From assembly GCA_902631785.1 (NCBI GenBank), contig CACOZT010000001.1:19453-83452 (forward strand): 64,000 bases of DNA, given 5' to 3'. Positions 9,644-20,707 of the stretch are shown in pieces (the stretch's first letter is position 1; each line of letters opens with the position of its first letter). The notes under the pieces are model-generated. The model was not told the DNA's origin, did not search any database, and saw only the letters and a program-made list of their open reading frames with translations. The DNA is from an uncultured SAR86 cluster bacterium. Lineage in GTDB: Bacteria; Pseudomonadota; Gammaproteobacteria; Magnimaribacterales; D2472. The position numbers were made by a program, and so were the translations under genes.

Positions 9644-10252
9644 TTATCTTTTAACAAAAAATAAAGTTATTCCTGATATTGAAGTCACTAGAGCAAGCAC
9701 TGATAAAATTTGTAGCAAAATATTATTTATATTATCTCGTTCACGATAATCCATTATATGCAGGGACCATAAAAAATCCCAGATTCTCCAAGAGTCTGAT
9801 CTTATTGATCCTATATCACCCGTCATATATCCAACATAAACATTAATACCGTCTTTTGTATCCGTTATAACTTTATATGCTGGCAAATCTCCTCGATATT
9901 CATCGCCAGGATAGAATTCTGTAACTAAACTAACATCTATTGGATTTAGAGTAGTTTTTTGAGCAGTAATTTTAATAGCTTCTTCCTCAGTAAGAGGTTT
10001 AATGGCATCACCTTCTGGATAAGTTTTATAAGTCTTTTTACCCTCTTCAATGGTTTCAATAACTGATGTACCAAGCCTATCAAAAATTCTGTACTCTACA
10101 CCTTTTGGAAGTCGATACTGCTCACCTCTTACTAATTCAATTTTGTTATATGCAAAATAAATTCCTGAAATTGTCCACAACAATAATTGTATTGACACAA
10201 ATATGCTCAAATATCTATGAAAGTTTCTAAAAAATTTTTTTGTTCTCATCAA
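9644..10252 (-). CDS. PepSY-associated TM helix membrane protein
   Basis: FHRYLSIFVSIQLLLWTISG and WRIWDFLWSLHIMDY His-containing TM motifs. Confidence 0.8.
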   Translation of the reverse strand: MMRTKKFFRNFHRYLSIFVSIQLLLWTISGIYFAYNKIELVRGEQYRLPKGVEYRIFDRLGTSVIETIEEGKKTYKTYPEGDAIKPLTEEEAIKITAQKTTLNPIDVSLVTEFYPGDEYRGDLPAYKVITDTKDGINVYVGYMTGDIGSIRSDSWRIWDFLWSLHIMDYRERDNINNILLQILSVLALVTSISGITLFFVKR

Positions 10253-10626
10253 ATTAATTCTTTTAAAGGTGCAGATACGAAACTATATTTCTGAATTTCA
10301 TCACTTTCAAATAATATATCATCGTTATCATCAATTTGAAGCACAATATCTATATCAAGTGTTCTAGCGCTAAACTTTGGAGCATTTCTGTTTCTTCCAG
10401 CATTGTCTTCAATTAACTTTAGCTTCTTATTGAGGTTCTTAATATCTAGTTCAGAATCTCCACAAACTACTGAGTTTAGAAAATCATCACCTTCAAAGCC
10501 TTCAGCTTTTGTTTGATGAATTGATGAGGACTGAATGTTTGAAAGTATTTTTTTTAGTTCTTCTAAAGCAAATTCTAAATTTTTCTCAGCATTAATGTTA
10601 CTGCCTAGGGATAAGAAATATTTCAT
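10249..10626 (-). CDS. folK: 2-amino-4-hydroxy-6-hydroxymethyldihydropteridine diphosphokinase
   Basis: LSLGSN, FLNSV, ARTLDIDI. Confidence 0.92.
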   Translation of the reverse strand: MKYFLSLGSNINAEKNLEFALEELKKILSNIQSSSIHQTKAEGFEGDDFLNSVVCGDSELDIKNLNKKLKLIEDNAGRNRNAPKFSARTLDIDIVLQIDDNDDILFESDEIQKYSFVSAPLKELI

Positions 10627-10973
10627 TATCTATGAATTATGAGTCCAACATCTTTAGCGCCTCGAAGTGCTCCAGGCTTAGATACACGTAATTTGATCGA
10701 TTCAACTCCGTATGTATCTTTTACTAGCGATGCGATTCCCTCAGCAAGTGATTCTTGGAGTTGAAAGGACGACTCCTCAACAAACTTAATTACTCCTTTG
10801 CAAATGGTTTTGTAATCAATAGTATCTTCAATCGAATCAGTCTTTGCAGCTCTTTTACAATCAAAGGGAAATTCCATATCAATACTAACTTCTTGTTTAA
10901 CTTTTCTTTCCCAGTCAAAGATACCAATGATTGTTTTTACTCTTAAGTCTTTTATGTAAATTATATCTTTCAT
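10626..10973 (-). CDS. folB: Dihydroneopterin aldolase
   Basis: IIGIFDWER, TIDY, KPGAL. Confidence 0.94.
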   Translation of the reverse strand: MKDIIYIKDLRVKTIIGIFDWERKVKQEVSIDMEFPFDCKRAAKTDSIEDTIDYKTICKGVIKFVEESSFQLQESLAEGIASLVKDTYGVESIKLRVSKPGALRGAKDVGLIIHR

Positions 10974-11974
10974 GCTTTCAACTCATCTAACGGCCACCTA
11001 GCTCTTGCGCTTGAGGATCTGTCATTTTCAACTGATGGTTTCATCATAGATCCTACAAATGCAATCATTGCAGCATTATCGCCACAATACTTCATATCTG
11101 GATAATACACTGTTATGTTATGTGATTCTTCAAGCTTTTTAAATTCACCTCTTAAAAACTTATTTGCAGCAACACCTCCAGCAACAATAACCTCTTTTCT
11201 TCCAGTTATTTCAATCGATTTCTTAATCTTTGCAACCAAAACATCTGAAATTGCTTGTTGGAATGAAGCAGCTATATCTGCTTTTACTTCTTTTGTTAGA
11301 TTAGATATTTTTTGAACTGTATATAAAACTGATGTCTTAAGACCACTCAAGCTCATATTTAAGTTATCGCTATTTATCATCGGTCTTGGGAAATCAAATG
11401 CATCCGATTTTCCTTCAAGTGCTAGTCTCTCAATATGAGGGCCGCCTGGATAAGGTAAATCTAGCAACTTAGCTACTTTATCAAAAGCTTCTCCAACTGC
11501 ATCGTCTTGAGATTGACCAATAATTTCATATTGTCCTTTATCTTTAACATCAACGATCATGCTGTGACCTCCTGAAACAAGTAAACATATAAATGGCATG
11601 CTTATCTGAGGAAATTCCATCATAGGTGACATCAAATGTCCTTCTAAATGATTTATTGGTATCAGAGGGATATTTAGCGCTGTTGAAAGTCCCTGAGCAA
11701 AACTCTCACCTATCAAAAGAGCGCCTAATAGACCTGGTCCAGATGTATAAGCAATCTGATCAATGCTATCGAGAGAAATATTTCCTAAAGCATCTTCAAG
11801 TACATCTACAATTTTTAAGCAATGGTCTCTTGAAGCTAATTCTGGGACTACTCCTCCATATTCAGCATGCATTTCCATTTGACTATGTATAGACTCACCA
11901 ATAATTCCATCTTTAGTGTCATAAATGGCTATTGCTGTCTCATCGCAGGATGTTTCAATTCCTAAAGTTTTCAT
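10970..11974 (-). CDS. tsaD: tRNA N6-threonylcarbamoyltransferase
   Basis: LGIETSCDET, GGVVPELASRDH, HLEGH, LLVSGGH, DNAAMIA. Confidence 0.97.
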   Translation of the reverse strand: MKTLGIETSCDETAIAIYDTKDGIIGESIHSQMEMHAEYGGVVPELASRDHCLKIVDVLEDALGNISLDSIDQIAYTSGPGLLGALLIGESFAQGLSTALNIPLIPINHLEGHLMSPMMEFPQISMPFICLLVSGGHSMIVDVKDKGQYEIIGQSQDDAVGEAFDKVAKLLDLPYPGGPHIERLALEGKSDAFDFPRPMINSDNLNMSLSGLKTSVLYTVQKISNLTKEVKADIAASFQQAISDVLVAKIKKSIEITGRKEVIVAGGVAANKFLRGEFKKLEESHNITVYYPDMKYCGDNAAMIAFVGSMMKPSVENDRSSSARARWPLDELKA

Positions 11975-11982
11975 AAAAAGTT

Positions 11983-12011
11983 TTGCAAAAATGTTAATAA
12001 AAGCCTAAACT
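11983..12011 (+). promoter_or_regulatory. Putative sigma70 promoter of rpsU
   Basis: TTGCAA-17bp-TAAACT followed by a GC-rich discriminator-like ACGCGAC. Confidence 0.5.
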
Positions 12012-12023
12012 ACGCGACACATT

Positions 12024-12239
12024 ATGCCTTCAATTATAATAAAAGATACAGAACATTTTGATATTGGTTTGAGAAAATTCAAGCGTGCTTGTGAAAAAGC
12101 AGCTATTGTTCCTGAAATAAGAGCAAGAGAATTTTATGAAAAGCCAACTGAGAAAAGAAAACGTCTTATGGCTGCTGCAGTTAAAAGAGCAAAAAAAACT
12201 AACAGAAAGTTTTCATTCCCAAGACAAAGATCTAGATAG
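12024..12239 (+). CDS. rpsU: 30S ribosomal protein S21
   Basis: [19 protein letters not shown]; divergent from tsaD. Confidence 0.96.
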   Translation: MPSIIIKDTEHFDIGLRKFKRACEKAAIVPEIRAREFYEKPTEKRKRLMAAAVKRAKKTNRKFSFPRQRSR

Positions 12240-12241
12240 TT

Positions 12242-12685
12242 TTGGCTCTTTTATCAGATATCAAAAACGACCTTAAGCAAGCTATGCTTGATAAAAACGA
12301 CTTGGTGAGAGATACCATCAGAATGTTTTTGTCAGAAGTCCAAAGATTTGAGATTGATAACAAAGAAGAGGTTGATGACGCAAAGGCATTACAAATCATT
12401 AATAAGATGATTAAACAAAGAAATGATTCTATTTCACAGTTTAAAGAAGGTGGAAGAGAAGATTTAGCTGATAAAGAGCAACAAGAAGTAGAAATCCTTT
12501 CAAAATATAAACCAGAACAATTAAGTGAAGAAGAAATTGCTGAAAAAGTCAAAAGCGCAATTCAAGAAAGTGGTGCTGAATCAATGCAGGATATCGGTAA
12601 GGTAATGGGGATTTTAAAATCAGCATTGGCTGGCTCAGCAGATATGGGACTAGTCAGTAAAATAGTTAAGGATCAGCTTACTTAA
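12242..12685 (+). CDS. GatB/YqeY domain protein
   Basis: KQRNDSISQF..GGREDLA, MQDIGKVMG; follows rpsU. Confidence 0.92.
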   Translation: MALLSDIKNDLKQAMLDKNDLVRDTIRMFLSEVQRFEIDNKEEVDDAKALQIINKMIKQRNDSISQFKEGGREDLADKEQQEVEILSKYKPEQLSEEEIAEKVKSAIQESGAESMQDIGKVMGILKSALAGSADMGLVSKIVKDQLT

Positions 12686-12701
12686 TAATTTTTTATAAAG
12701 C

Positions 12702-13406
12702 ATGAAAAGAAATCAAGATCGTAGTAATAATCAACTAAGAGATATTACTATTGAGCCAAACATAAATATTCATGCCGAAGGCTCTGTCCTAATTTCATTT
12801 GGTAATACAAAGGTTATTTGTAATGCGTCAATAGAAAATAATGTTCCTAGATGGATGAAAAATTCAGATGAAGGCTGGGTAACTGGTGAGTATGGAATGC
12901 TACCAAGATCTACTAATGAAAGAATGAGTAGAGAAGCTGCAAGAGGTAAACAAAGTGGCAGAACGCAAGAAATACAAAGACTCATTGGAAGATCCCTAAG
13001 ACAGGCTGTTAATCTGAAATATCTTAAAGGAAAAACTATCAACGTAGATTGTGATGTAATTCAAGCTGATGGTGGAACAAGAACTGCCTCAATAACTGGT
13101 GGTTGTGTTGCACTTTTTCTAGCTATCAAAAATCATCATGATGACCAACGTGCGATTAAATCATTTGTTGCAGCAGTATCAATGGGAATTAAAGATGGTC
13201 AAGTTTTACTTGATTTGGATTATGATGAAGACAGCACCGCAGATACTGATCTAAATATTGTTATGAACGATAGAGATGAATTGATAGAAATTCAAGGAAC
13301 TGCAGAAGATGCTCCTTTTTCAAAGCAGGAGCTTGATGATATGCTTGTTATGGGCAGTGCAGCAATAGCTGACATTATAGAAAAACAAAAAGCTTGCATT
13401 GAATAA
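12702..13406 (+). CDS. rph: Ribonuclease PH
   Basis: [33 protein letters not shown]. Confidence 0.96.
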   Translation: MKRNQDRSNNQLRDITIEPNINIHAEGSVLISFGNTKVICNASIENNVPRWMKNSDEGWVTGEYGMLPRSTNERMSREAARGKQSGRTQEIQRLIGRSLRQAVNLKYLKGKTINVDCDVIQADGGTRTASITGGCVALFLAIKNHHDDQRAIKSFVAAVSMGIKDGQVLLDLDYDEDSTADTDLNIVMNDRDELIEIQGTAEDAPFSKQELDDMLVMGSAAIADIIEKQKACIE

Positions 13407-14045
13407 GTGAAAGATTATCAAAAGTCATTTTTAAATTTAGCAATAGAATCCCAGGCTCTTCAATTTGGAGAATTTACTCTTAAGTCAGGCCGACAAAGCC
13501 CATATTTTTTTAATGCTGCCAATATGCTTAAAGGTTCAAATTTATATCAACTTGCAAAGTGCTATGTTGATGCCATAACTGATAACGGTATAGATTTTGA
13601 CTGTATATATGGCCCAGCATACAAAGGCATTTTTCTTGGATCTATTGTTGCAACAGTCTTCAGTGAACAAGGCAAAAATTATCCTATTTCATTCAACAGA
13701 AAAGAGGAAAAAGACCATGGCGAAGGTGGAAATATTATTGGAGCTAACCCTGCTGGAAAAGTACTGATTATTGATGATGTTTTATCTGCAGGAACCGCTG
13801 GAAGAGAGTCAATTAATTCGATAATTGCTAATAAAGCTTTCCCGTCAGGTTTTATTGTAGGTCTCGACAGACAAGAGAAAGGAGTTTCTGATAAGTCAGC
13901 TAGTAAAGAACTAGAAGATGAATTTAATCTAAATGTTACTTCAATTGTAAATCTTGACTCATTGATTACATACGTTGAAGATAAATCAAACTTTTCAAGT
14001 CATCTTGAGAGTTTAAATAACTACAGAGAAACTTGGGGCGCATAA
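13407..14045 (+). CDS. pyrE: Orotate phosphoribosyltransferase
   Basis: FTLKSGRQSPYFFN, GPAYKGI, RKEEKDHGEGG, IIDDVLSAGTA. Confidence 0.96.
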   Translation: MKDYQKSFLNLAIESQALQFGEFTLKSGRQSPYFFNAANMLKGSNLYQLAKCYVDAITDNGIDFDCIYGPAYKGIFLGSIVATVFSEQGKNYPISFNRKEEKDHGEGGNIIGANPAGKVLIIDDVLSAGTAGRESINSIIANKAFPSGFIVGLDRQEKGVSDKSASKELEDEFNLNVTSIVNLDSLITYVEDKSNFSSHLESLNNYRETWGA

Positions 14046-14660
14046 ATGTTTTCAGGAATTGTTCAAGGGGCAGGAAAAGTATCAAAGATAATTTCAAAAA
14101 AGAATCATATAACTTTAGAGATATCTGCTCCAAAAAATTTCACTAAAAATCTCAGAAAAGGTGCGAGTGTTTCAGTAAATGGTATCTGCTTAACTTCACT
14201 TGATGATGGCAAAAATAAATTAAAGTTTGATGTGATAAATGAGACTCTATCAAAAACAAATATTGGTAAAGCTAAAAAAGGCTCTTTAGTAAATTTAGAA
14301 AGATCAATTACAGCATCTACAGAAATAGGTGGTCATTTAATGTCAGGACATATACATTTTGCTGGAAAAGTTGAAAAGATCTCAACAAAAAATACTAATA
14401 AGGATATTCAAATTAAATTTCCTAAAAAATATAAGCAATATATTTTTGAAAAAGGTTATATCGGTGTAAATGGATGCAGTTTAACCCTTGGTAAAGTTAA
14501 TCGTGATTCCTTTTTTGTACATTTAATACCTGAAACTCTTTCTGTTACAAATCTAAGTGACTTGAAAAAAGGTTCTTTTGTAAATATTGAAATTGATCAA
14601 AATACAATTGCTATTGTTGAAACAGTAAAAAATACTTTAGCTGCCCAAAAATCGAGATAA
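14046..14660 (+). CDS. ribE: Riboflavin synthase alpha chain
   Basis: MFSGIV, SVNGICLT, VNLER, GGHLMSGH, VNIEID. Confidence 0.94.
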   Translation: MFSGIVQGAGKVSKIISKKNHITLEISAPKNFTKNLRKGASVSVNGICLTSLDDGKNKLKFDVINETLSKTNIGKAKKGSLVNLERSITASTEIGGHLMSGHIHFAGKVEKISTKNTNKDIQIKFPKKYKQYIFEKGYIGVNGCSLTLGKVNRDSFFVHLIPETLSVTNLSDLKKGSFVNIEIDQNTIAIVETVKNTLAAQKSR

Positions 14661-15542
14661 AACAGCCATTCTTATTGCAACACCGTTTGCTACCTGCTGT
14701 CTGATAACTGAATTTTCTGAATCATATACAGCTTCAGTTATTTCAACATAATTTACTGGTCCAGGGTGCATTACTATTACGTCACCTTTGGCGGATTCAA
14801 GCTTTTCAGTTGATAATTGATATTCAGACTTATATGTTTCAAGGTCTAGATTAAGCTCTTTCTCAAATCTTTCATACTGAATTCTTAGAGTCATCACGAC
14901 ATCTGCATTTTCAAGAGCTTTTACCAAATTAGGCTCGTATTTTCCAATTTTGGGATTTTGATACTTAGTACACATTTCTGGATGTCCACAAAAAGTCATT
15001 GATCCAAGTTCAAAATTAGAAACTCCTTCAATGAAAGAGGAAGTAACTCTTGAATGATCAAGATCTCCAACAATAACAATATTGAGTCCATCTAAAGTTT
15101 CTTTGTGATCCATAATTGTCTTAATATCTAAAAGTGCTTGTGTTGGATGAGAAATAGCACCTTCCCCCGCATTAATAAAAACCATTTTTGGTAAACACTC
15201 AGCAAGTTCTCTAATTACAGAATCAGGGTGTCTAAGAACACATAAATCTACTCCCATTAGATTTAATGCATCTACAGTTTCAAAAATAGATTCTCCTTTT
15301 TGAATTGAAGAACTTTCAATATTGAAGTCTATTACTGAACAACCCAGATTGTTTGCAGCTATTGCAAAAGACGATTTAGTTCGGGTACTTGGCTCACAAA
15401 AAACATTTGCGACAATTTTATCTGGAAAAAGATTTTCTTTCCTAAAGTTCCCTTCATCGTCAATAAAATTATTTGCGAATTCTATTAAATCAAGTATGTC
15501 TTTTTTCGAAAGATCATTAATTGATAAAAGATTGTTAGCCAT
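14637..15542 (-). CDS. pyrB: Aspartate carbamoyltransferase catalytic subunit
   Basis: [35 protein letters not shown]. Confidence 0.95.
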   Translation of the reverse strand: MANNLLSINDLSKKDILDLIEFANNFIDDEGNFRKENLFPDKIVANVFCEPSTRTKSSFAIAANNLGCSVIDFNIESSSIQKGESIFETVDALNLMGVDLCVLRHPDSVIRELAECLPKMVFINAGEGAISHPTQALLDIKTIMDHKETLDGLNIVIVGDLDHSRVTSSFIEGVSNFELGSMTFCGHPEMCTKYQNPKIGKYEPNLVKALENADVVMTLRIQYERFEKELNLDLETYKSEYQLSTEKLESAKGDVIVMHPGPVNYVEITEAVYDSENSVIRQQVANGVAIRMAVLSRFLGS

Positions 15543-15921
15543 TTATTAACACTATTGCCTCTATTTCAACATTAACACCAAGCGGAAGGCCGGAAACTTC
15601 TACTGTAGCTCTAGCTGGGTATGGTTCAGAAAAATACTCTTTCATTACATCATTTACAGTCGCAAAATTACCTAAATCAGTAAGGAAAATTGAAATCTTT
15701 ACAACATCATCAAGACTGTTCCCTGCAGCTTCACAGATACTTTTAACATTATCTAAAACTTGTCTGGCCTGATCTTCTATTGATTCAGATACTAAGTCTC
15801 CTGTTTCAGGATCAAGAGGTATTTGACCTGATATAAACATCAAATTTCCCGCCTTTACAGCTTGCGAATAAGGGCCAATCGCCTGTGGTGCATTTTTTGT
15901 AGAAATAATTTCTTTTGTCAT
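15535..15921 (-). CDS. RidA/YjgF reactive intermediate deaminase
   Basis: [28 protein letters not shown]. Confidence 0.94.
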   Translation of the reverse strand: MTKEIISTKNAPQAIGPYSQAVKAGNLMFISGQIPLDPETGDLVSESIEDQARQVLDNVKSICEAAGNSLDDVVKISIFLTDLGNFATVNDVMKEYFSEPYPARATVEVSGLPLGVNVEIEAIVLING

Positions 15922-15956
15922 TTTAATGTTCTCCTTAAAAAAGATACTCTATTTTA

Positions 15957-18140
15957 CTACTTATCATTAATATTTCTTTTGCAGCTTGTTGTAAATTTTA
16001 ATGATCTTACTTTTTGCAAAATGCTTTTAAGTTCATCTTTATTTTTTACTTCGATTTGTATCTCAAAACCTGCAAACTTTTTATCAATTGTTTTAGTATT
16101 AACAGACCCTATATTTATGCCTGATTTAGCAAATACAGAGCCCAAGTCAGATAAAACTCCAACTTTGTCTTCAGTATTTACATCAATTTTTACTTTATAA
16201 GAGTGCTCTTTTTTATTTTCTCCCCATATAGCTGGCATATATCTTGGATCTTTGTTGAGGAAAGGTTTCACCTGTTTGCATTTTTTATTATGAATAACCA
16301 TACCTCTTTCAGTATCGGAATGTGCAACAACATCATCTCCGTGAACAGGAAAACAGCATTTTGCAAACCTAACTGTTACACTTTCAATTTTATTATCAAG
16401 AATTAATACTGGTTTAGGTTCTTTTATTCCCTCCCTTATTTGAAGCCCAGAATAAAATCTTTCAGCAATGATGCTGCCAGTTCGTTTTCCTAATCCAAGA
16501 TCAGTAAGAAGTTTGTTAAGAGAAGTAACGCCGATTGAATCCAGAATTTTCTTAAGAGAACTTCCTCTATATTCATCTAGACTAGATCCAGCTCTTTTTA
16601 GCTCAGTTTCAAGCATAACTTTCCCAGCCTTTCGTGCATCAGAAACTTTTTGTTTTCTTAAACGAGACCGAATTGCACTTCTAGCCTTACTTGTTGCTAC
16701 ATAATTTAGCCAAGATGGATCAAGATAAGATTCTTTTTTAGATGTAATAATTTCAACAGTTTGTCCAGATTCTAGCTCTATATTAAGAGGTACTTCACTT
16801 CTATTGACCTTACATCCAATTATTGTGTCTCCAAGATCAGTGTGAACCTCATATGCGAAATCTATAGGAGTTGAACCTCTTCTTAAAGCATATATGTCAC
16901 CTTTTGGTGAGAATAAAAAGACTTCTTCAGAGCTAAGGTCTGTTTTAATTGACTTTGCAAATTCTGAAGGATCTTTAGTTTTCTTTTGGAGATCACCCAA
17001 TCCCAACAACCATCTAGATGCTCTCAACTCTGAACCTTGTTTATTATCTTTAGTTTTATACTGCCAATGAGCCGCAATACCAAAGTTAGCAATTTCTGCC
17101 ATATTTCTTGTTTGAATTTGAACTTCAATAGGAAAAGCATTAAGTGCCAAGAGACTGGTGTGAAGAGCTTGATAACCATTACTTTTAGGAATGGCGATAT
17201 AGTCCTTAAACCTATTTTCTATTGGAGAAAAGTAATTATGAATAATACCCAAAGCTCTGTAACATTCATCAATAGAATCCACTAATATTCTAAATCCATA
17301 TACGTCTAATATTTCAGAGAAAGGTTTGTGTTTAGATTTAATTTTTCTATAGATGCTGTAAATGTTTTTTTCTCTTCCTTTTACTCCTACTTGCTCAATT
17401 CCATTTGACTTAAGCTTACGTTTTAGTTCTTTTCTTATTTTTGAGACTATTCTTTTTCTTCCACCACTTGATTTGTTGATTGCGCTCTCAAGCATGGATG
17501 CCCGTAATGGATGAATACATCTAAACGCAAGATCTTCTAACTCAGATCTTATTTCTTGCATACCTATTCTTAATGCTAAGGGGCCATATAACTCAATTGT
17601 TTCTCTAGATTTTCTTATTTGTTTTGATCTTGGCAAATGTTCAATTGTTCGCATGTTATGAAGACGATCACAGATTTTTACAAGAATTACTCTTACATCT
17701 TTTGATATTGCTAACATCATTTTTTGAAGATTATTTGCGTCTCTATCTGATCTACTAGATATGTCAAGCTTACCCAACTTGCTTACTCCATCAACTATGT
17801 TTGCAACATCACTGCCAAACAAATCGACTAAATTTTTTTTAGTGACATCACAATCTTCTAGGACATCATGCATTAGAGCAGCACATATAGAATCTGGATC
17901 CATTCTCAAATCAAGTAATATTGTTGCAACCGCAAGAGGATGAGTAATATATTTTGAGCCATCCATTCTTTCTTGGCCATCATGAGCATAAAAAGCTAGA
18001 GTATAAGCTGTCTGGATTTTTTTAATTTCGTCTTTATTGAGATATTGTTTTGAAGATTTATAAAATTTTGATGGTAACCTCAAAAGGCTTACTTCATTAA
18101 AATTTTTTAGTAATGTATTTGGGAGCACATGTTCGCTCAA
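15957..18140 (-). CDS. spoT: Bifunctional (p)ppGpp synthetase/hydrolase
   Basis: AHDGQER, HDVLED, DRLHNMRT, NGYQALHT, TGS and ACT domains; after rpoZ. Confidence 0.95.
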   Translation of the reverse strand: MSEHVLPNTLLKNFNEVSLLRLPSKFYKSSKQYLNKDEIKKIQTAYTLAFYAHDGQERMDGSKYITHPLAVATILLDLRMDPDSICAALMHDVLEDCDVTKKNLVDLFGSDVANIVDGVSKLGKLDISSRSDRDANNLQKMMLAISKDVRVILVKICDRLHNMRTIEHLPRSKQIRKSRETIELYGPLALRIGMQEIRSELEDLAFRCIHPLRASMLESAINKSSGGRKRIVSKIRKELKRKLKSNGIEQVGVKGREKNIYSIYRKIKSKHKPFSEILDVYGFRILVDSIDECYRALGIIHNYFSPIENRFKDYIAIPKSNGYQALHTSLLALNAFPIEVQIQTRNMAEIANFGIAAHWQYKTKDNKQGSELRASRWLLGLGDLQKKTKDPSEFAKSIKTDLSSEEVFLFSPKGDIYALRRGSTPIDFAYEVHTDLGDTIIGCKVNRSEVPLNIELESGQTVEIITSKKESYLDPSWLNYVATSKARSAIRSRLRKQKVSDARKAGKVMLETELKRAGSSLDEYRGSSLKKILDSIGVTSLNKLLTDLGLGKRTGSIIAERFYSGLQIREGIKEPKPVLILDNKIESVTVRFAKCCFPVHGDDVVAHSDTERGMVIHNKKCKQVKPFLNKDPRYMPAIWGENKKEHSYKVKIDVNTEDKVGVLSDLGSVFAKSGINIGSVNTKTIDKKFAGFEIQIEVKNKDELKSILQKVRSLKFTTSCKRNINDK

Positions 18141-18160
18141 GATAACCCCCCTATAGTCAT

Positions 18161-18430
18161 CTATCCTATGTTATCGTCTTCTTTATTGCCTGGAGCAGAG
18201 AATTCGTCTAACAAAACATCTTCCTCAAGAGTTTGCTCAAGAGTTTCTCTATCAAGAAGCCCCTCTTCAATTTCTCTTAATGCTACAAGTGTTGGCTTAT
18301 CGTTATCCCACTCTACAAGGGGATCTCGACTTGTTGTTGACAACTGTCTTGCCCTTTTTGATGCCATAAGAATTAGATCAAATCTACTAGGAATTTTTTC
18401 TAAACAATCTTCTACAGTAATTCTTGCCAT
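18161..18430 (-). CDS. rpoZ: RNA polymerase omega subunit
   Basis: [27 protein letters not shown]. Confidence 0.96.
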   Translation of the reverse strand: MARITVEDCLEKIPSRFDLILMASKRARQLSTTSRDPLVEWDNDKPTLVALREIEEGLLDRETLEQTLEEDVLLDEFSAPGNKEDDNIG

Positions 18431-18473
18431 TTAATAATCTCCTGGGACGAGTATTCTAATTCCAATTACCCCA

Positions 18474-19094
18474 TTAATCCAATAAATCTTCTAATATATT
18501 TTTATTATTTGTATCATTATATTCATAATTTTTATCAAATATAATAGAAGTTATCTGATTAAATGCTCTATTAAAATCATCATTTAAAACAATATGATCA
18601 AAAGATTCTGCATGTTTTAATTCCTTTTTTGCATTTATTAATCTTTTATTTATTACTTCTTCAGTATCAAGACCTCTTAAAACTAATCTCTTTTTTAATT
18701 CATCTAATGATGGAGGAATGATAAAAATAGAAATGATATCTTTTATTGATTCACTGATTTGACTAAAGCCTTGAACATCGATATCCAAAACAACACTTAT
18801 ATTATTTTCTAGCTTCTCTTCAACAAATGTTTTTAACGTACCGTATTGATGTCCATGAACATTAGCGCTCTCAATAAATGCTTCTTTTTCCTTTAAATCA
18901 TTAAATTCTTTATCAGAAATAAAAAAATAGTCTTTACCATGCGTCTCTCCCTCTCTCGGGATTCTTGTGGTCGCGGAAACTGATAATTCAATATTCTCAT
19001 TATTACTAACAATTTCTTTTATAAGAGATGATTTTCCCGCACCAGAAGGTGCAGCAAAAACAATCAACTCACCTCTTTTTAGATCATTCAACAT
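18474..19094 (-). CDS. gmk: Guanylate kinase
   Basis: APSGAGKSS, SATTR, YGT, LDIDVQG. Confidence 0.96.
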   Translation of the reverse strand: MLNDLKRGELIVFAAPSGAGKSSLIKEIVSNNENIELSVSATTRIPREGETHGKDYFFISDKEFNDLKEKEAFIESANVHGHQYGTLKTFVEEKLENNISVVLDIDVQGFSQISESIKDIISIFIIPPSLDELKKRLVLRGLDTEEVINKRLINAKKELKHAESFDHIVLNDDFNRAFNQITSIIFDKNYEYNDTNNKNILEDLLD

Positions 19095-19932
19095 TTTGAG
19101 TTTGTTCTCTCATTTCTTCAATTAGTAACTTCATATCAAGTGCTAAATCTTTTAATTTTGAGTCATCGATTTTTACTGATAGAGTATTTGACTCTCTAAA
19201 GAGTTCTTGTAGTATGAAATCAATTTTTTTGCCACTTGACGCTTTCTTTCTAAACTCTTCTTTAATACTCTTAGTATGAAAAAAAATTCTGTCTAATTCC
19301 TCTGAAATATCATGCTTCAGAGCCAGCATAGCAACCTCTTGATCTAATCTTGTATCATCAAAATCTTCTATAAGTTTTTTTATTTTATTTTTATAATTTT
19401 TTATTTTTTTATTTAGAGTTTTTTTCTCAAGTTTTTGGATTCTTAAGGCTATAGATTCAATGCTCTTAGTTTTTTTTAATAATACGTTTTCGATTCTTTT
19501 ACCTTCTTTTTTTCTTGAATCAACAAATGCTCTTAAAGCTTTATTAAAGCAATTTTTTATGAGTTTTTTATCAACGCTTTTTGATGTTTCAATATTGAAA
19601 ATTCCCGGAACATCTTTTATATCTGAGAAATTTAAATTAACTTTATCTTTTAAAGCGGCCTCAAGAGACTTTTCAAGCATTTTGAGCAGTTTTTTGTTGA
19701 TATCATATTTTGTTTTTGATGATGACTTAGCCTTTATTTTTACCTCTATTTTGCCTCTATTAATACTTTTAGATATTCCCTCTCTAATAAAATCTTCGAT
19801 ATCATTGCCTAATTCACTTGATTTTATGGATAGTTCTAGGAATCTATGATTTACACCTCTAATTTCAATTGAGATATTAGATGTTTTATCAAAAGATTCA
19901 GACAAGCCGAATCCAGTCATGCTTTTAATCAT
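19084..19932 (-). CDS. yicC: YicC/YloC family endoribonuclease
   Basis: IKSMTGFG, VNHRFLE, EELDR, IEEMREQTQNVE. Confidence 0.92.
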   Translation of the reverse strand: MIKSMTGFGLSESFDKTSNISIEIRGVNHRFLELSIKSSELGNDIEDFIREGISKSINRGKIEVKIKAKSSSKTKYDINKKLLKMLEKSLEAALKDKVNLNFSDIKDVPGIFNIETSKSVDKKLIKNCFNKALRAFVDSRKKEGKRIENVLLKKTKSIESIALRIQKLEKKTLNKKIKNYKNKIKKLIEDFDDTRLDQEVAMLALKHDISEELDRIFFHTKSIKEEFRKKASSGKKIDFILQELFRESNTLSVKIDDSKLKDLALDMKLLIEEMREQTQNVE

Positions 19933-19964
19933 TTAAATATTGTATTTTGCATAAGGATTGAGTT

Positions 19965-20639
19965 CTAGTCGTATTCATTAAAAATAAAACCAAGCTTTTT
20001 TAATTTTGAGTTAGAAATATTACTTTGTTGATCATTTCTGTCTTCGGAGCAATTAAATATTTGATGTTCATCTGAATTAAACTCATTCTCTATAAAAAAT
20101 TGAATAATTTTAGCGGCATTATTTCTATGTAAGTGATTTACAAAATTTCTTTGAGATATTGATTCATATAAACCAGCAAATCTTAAAATTATTAAATCAC
20201 TACCATAGTTCTTTATTTGATTTTTTTCATAATTAATTAACGCCTTACTCCTAAAATCGTCTTCTTTTAGAGGATCTGATTCTTTAGAAATACCACTTTT
20301 ATTTTTTCCATAAACTCTTGTTGATGAGATGGTTATAAATTTTTTAAAAGATAATTCACTAGATAATTTAAAAACATTAGCAGATGAATAAATGAAGCCC
20401 TTATCATACCCCTCTTCGTCAAATGAGCTTGGTTTTGGTATAAAAATTATTGAATCAAATTCAGTAGTATCTAATTTTGGAATTTCACTTGAAAGCCAGT
20501 CCCACTCTTCATAATTTTCTATATCTGACCTTCTATTACCTCTTGAAATTGCATGCAGCTGATATTTATCTTCATTGATTATATGACAAACTCTTTTAGC
20601 AATATCGCCAAAGCCTATAAATAGGATATTTTTTTTCAT
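19965..20639 (-). CDS. NAD-dependent epimerase/atypical SDR
   Basis: IGFGDIA Rossmann-like start, ISSTRVYG, ILRFAGLY. Confidence 0.7.
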   Translation of the reverse strand: MKKNILFIGFGDIAKRVCHIINEDKYQLHAISRGNRRSDIENYEEWDWLSSEIPKLDTTEFDSIIFIPKPSSFDEEGYDKGFIYSSANVFKLSSELSFKKFITISSTRVYGKNKSGISKESDPLKEDDFRSKALINYEKNQIKNYGSDLIILRFAGLYESISQRNFVNHLHRNNAAKIIQFFIENEFNSDEHQIFNCSEDRNDQQSNISNSKLKKLGFIFNEYD

Positions 20640-20658
20640 GCAATGCATACATTAACAC

Positions 20659-20689
20659 AAAAAAAATCCAGGGCTGCAACCCTGGATTT
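20659..20689 (-). terminator. Rho-independent terminator of hppA
   Basis: Minus strand AAATCCAGGG-loop-CCCTGGATTT followed by a T run. Confidence 0.85.
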
Positions 20690-20707
20690 CAATTATAAGT
20701 TCCTTAA

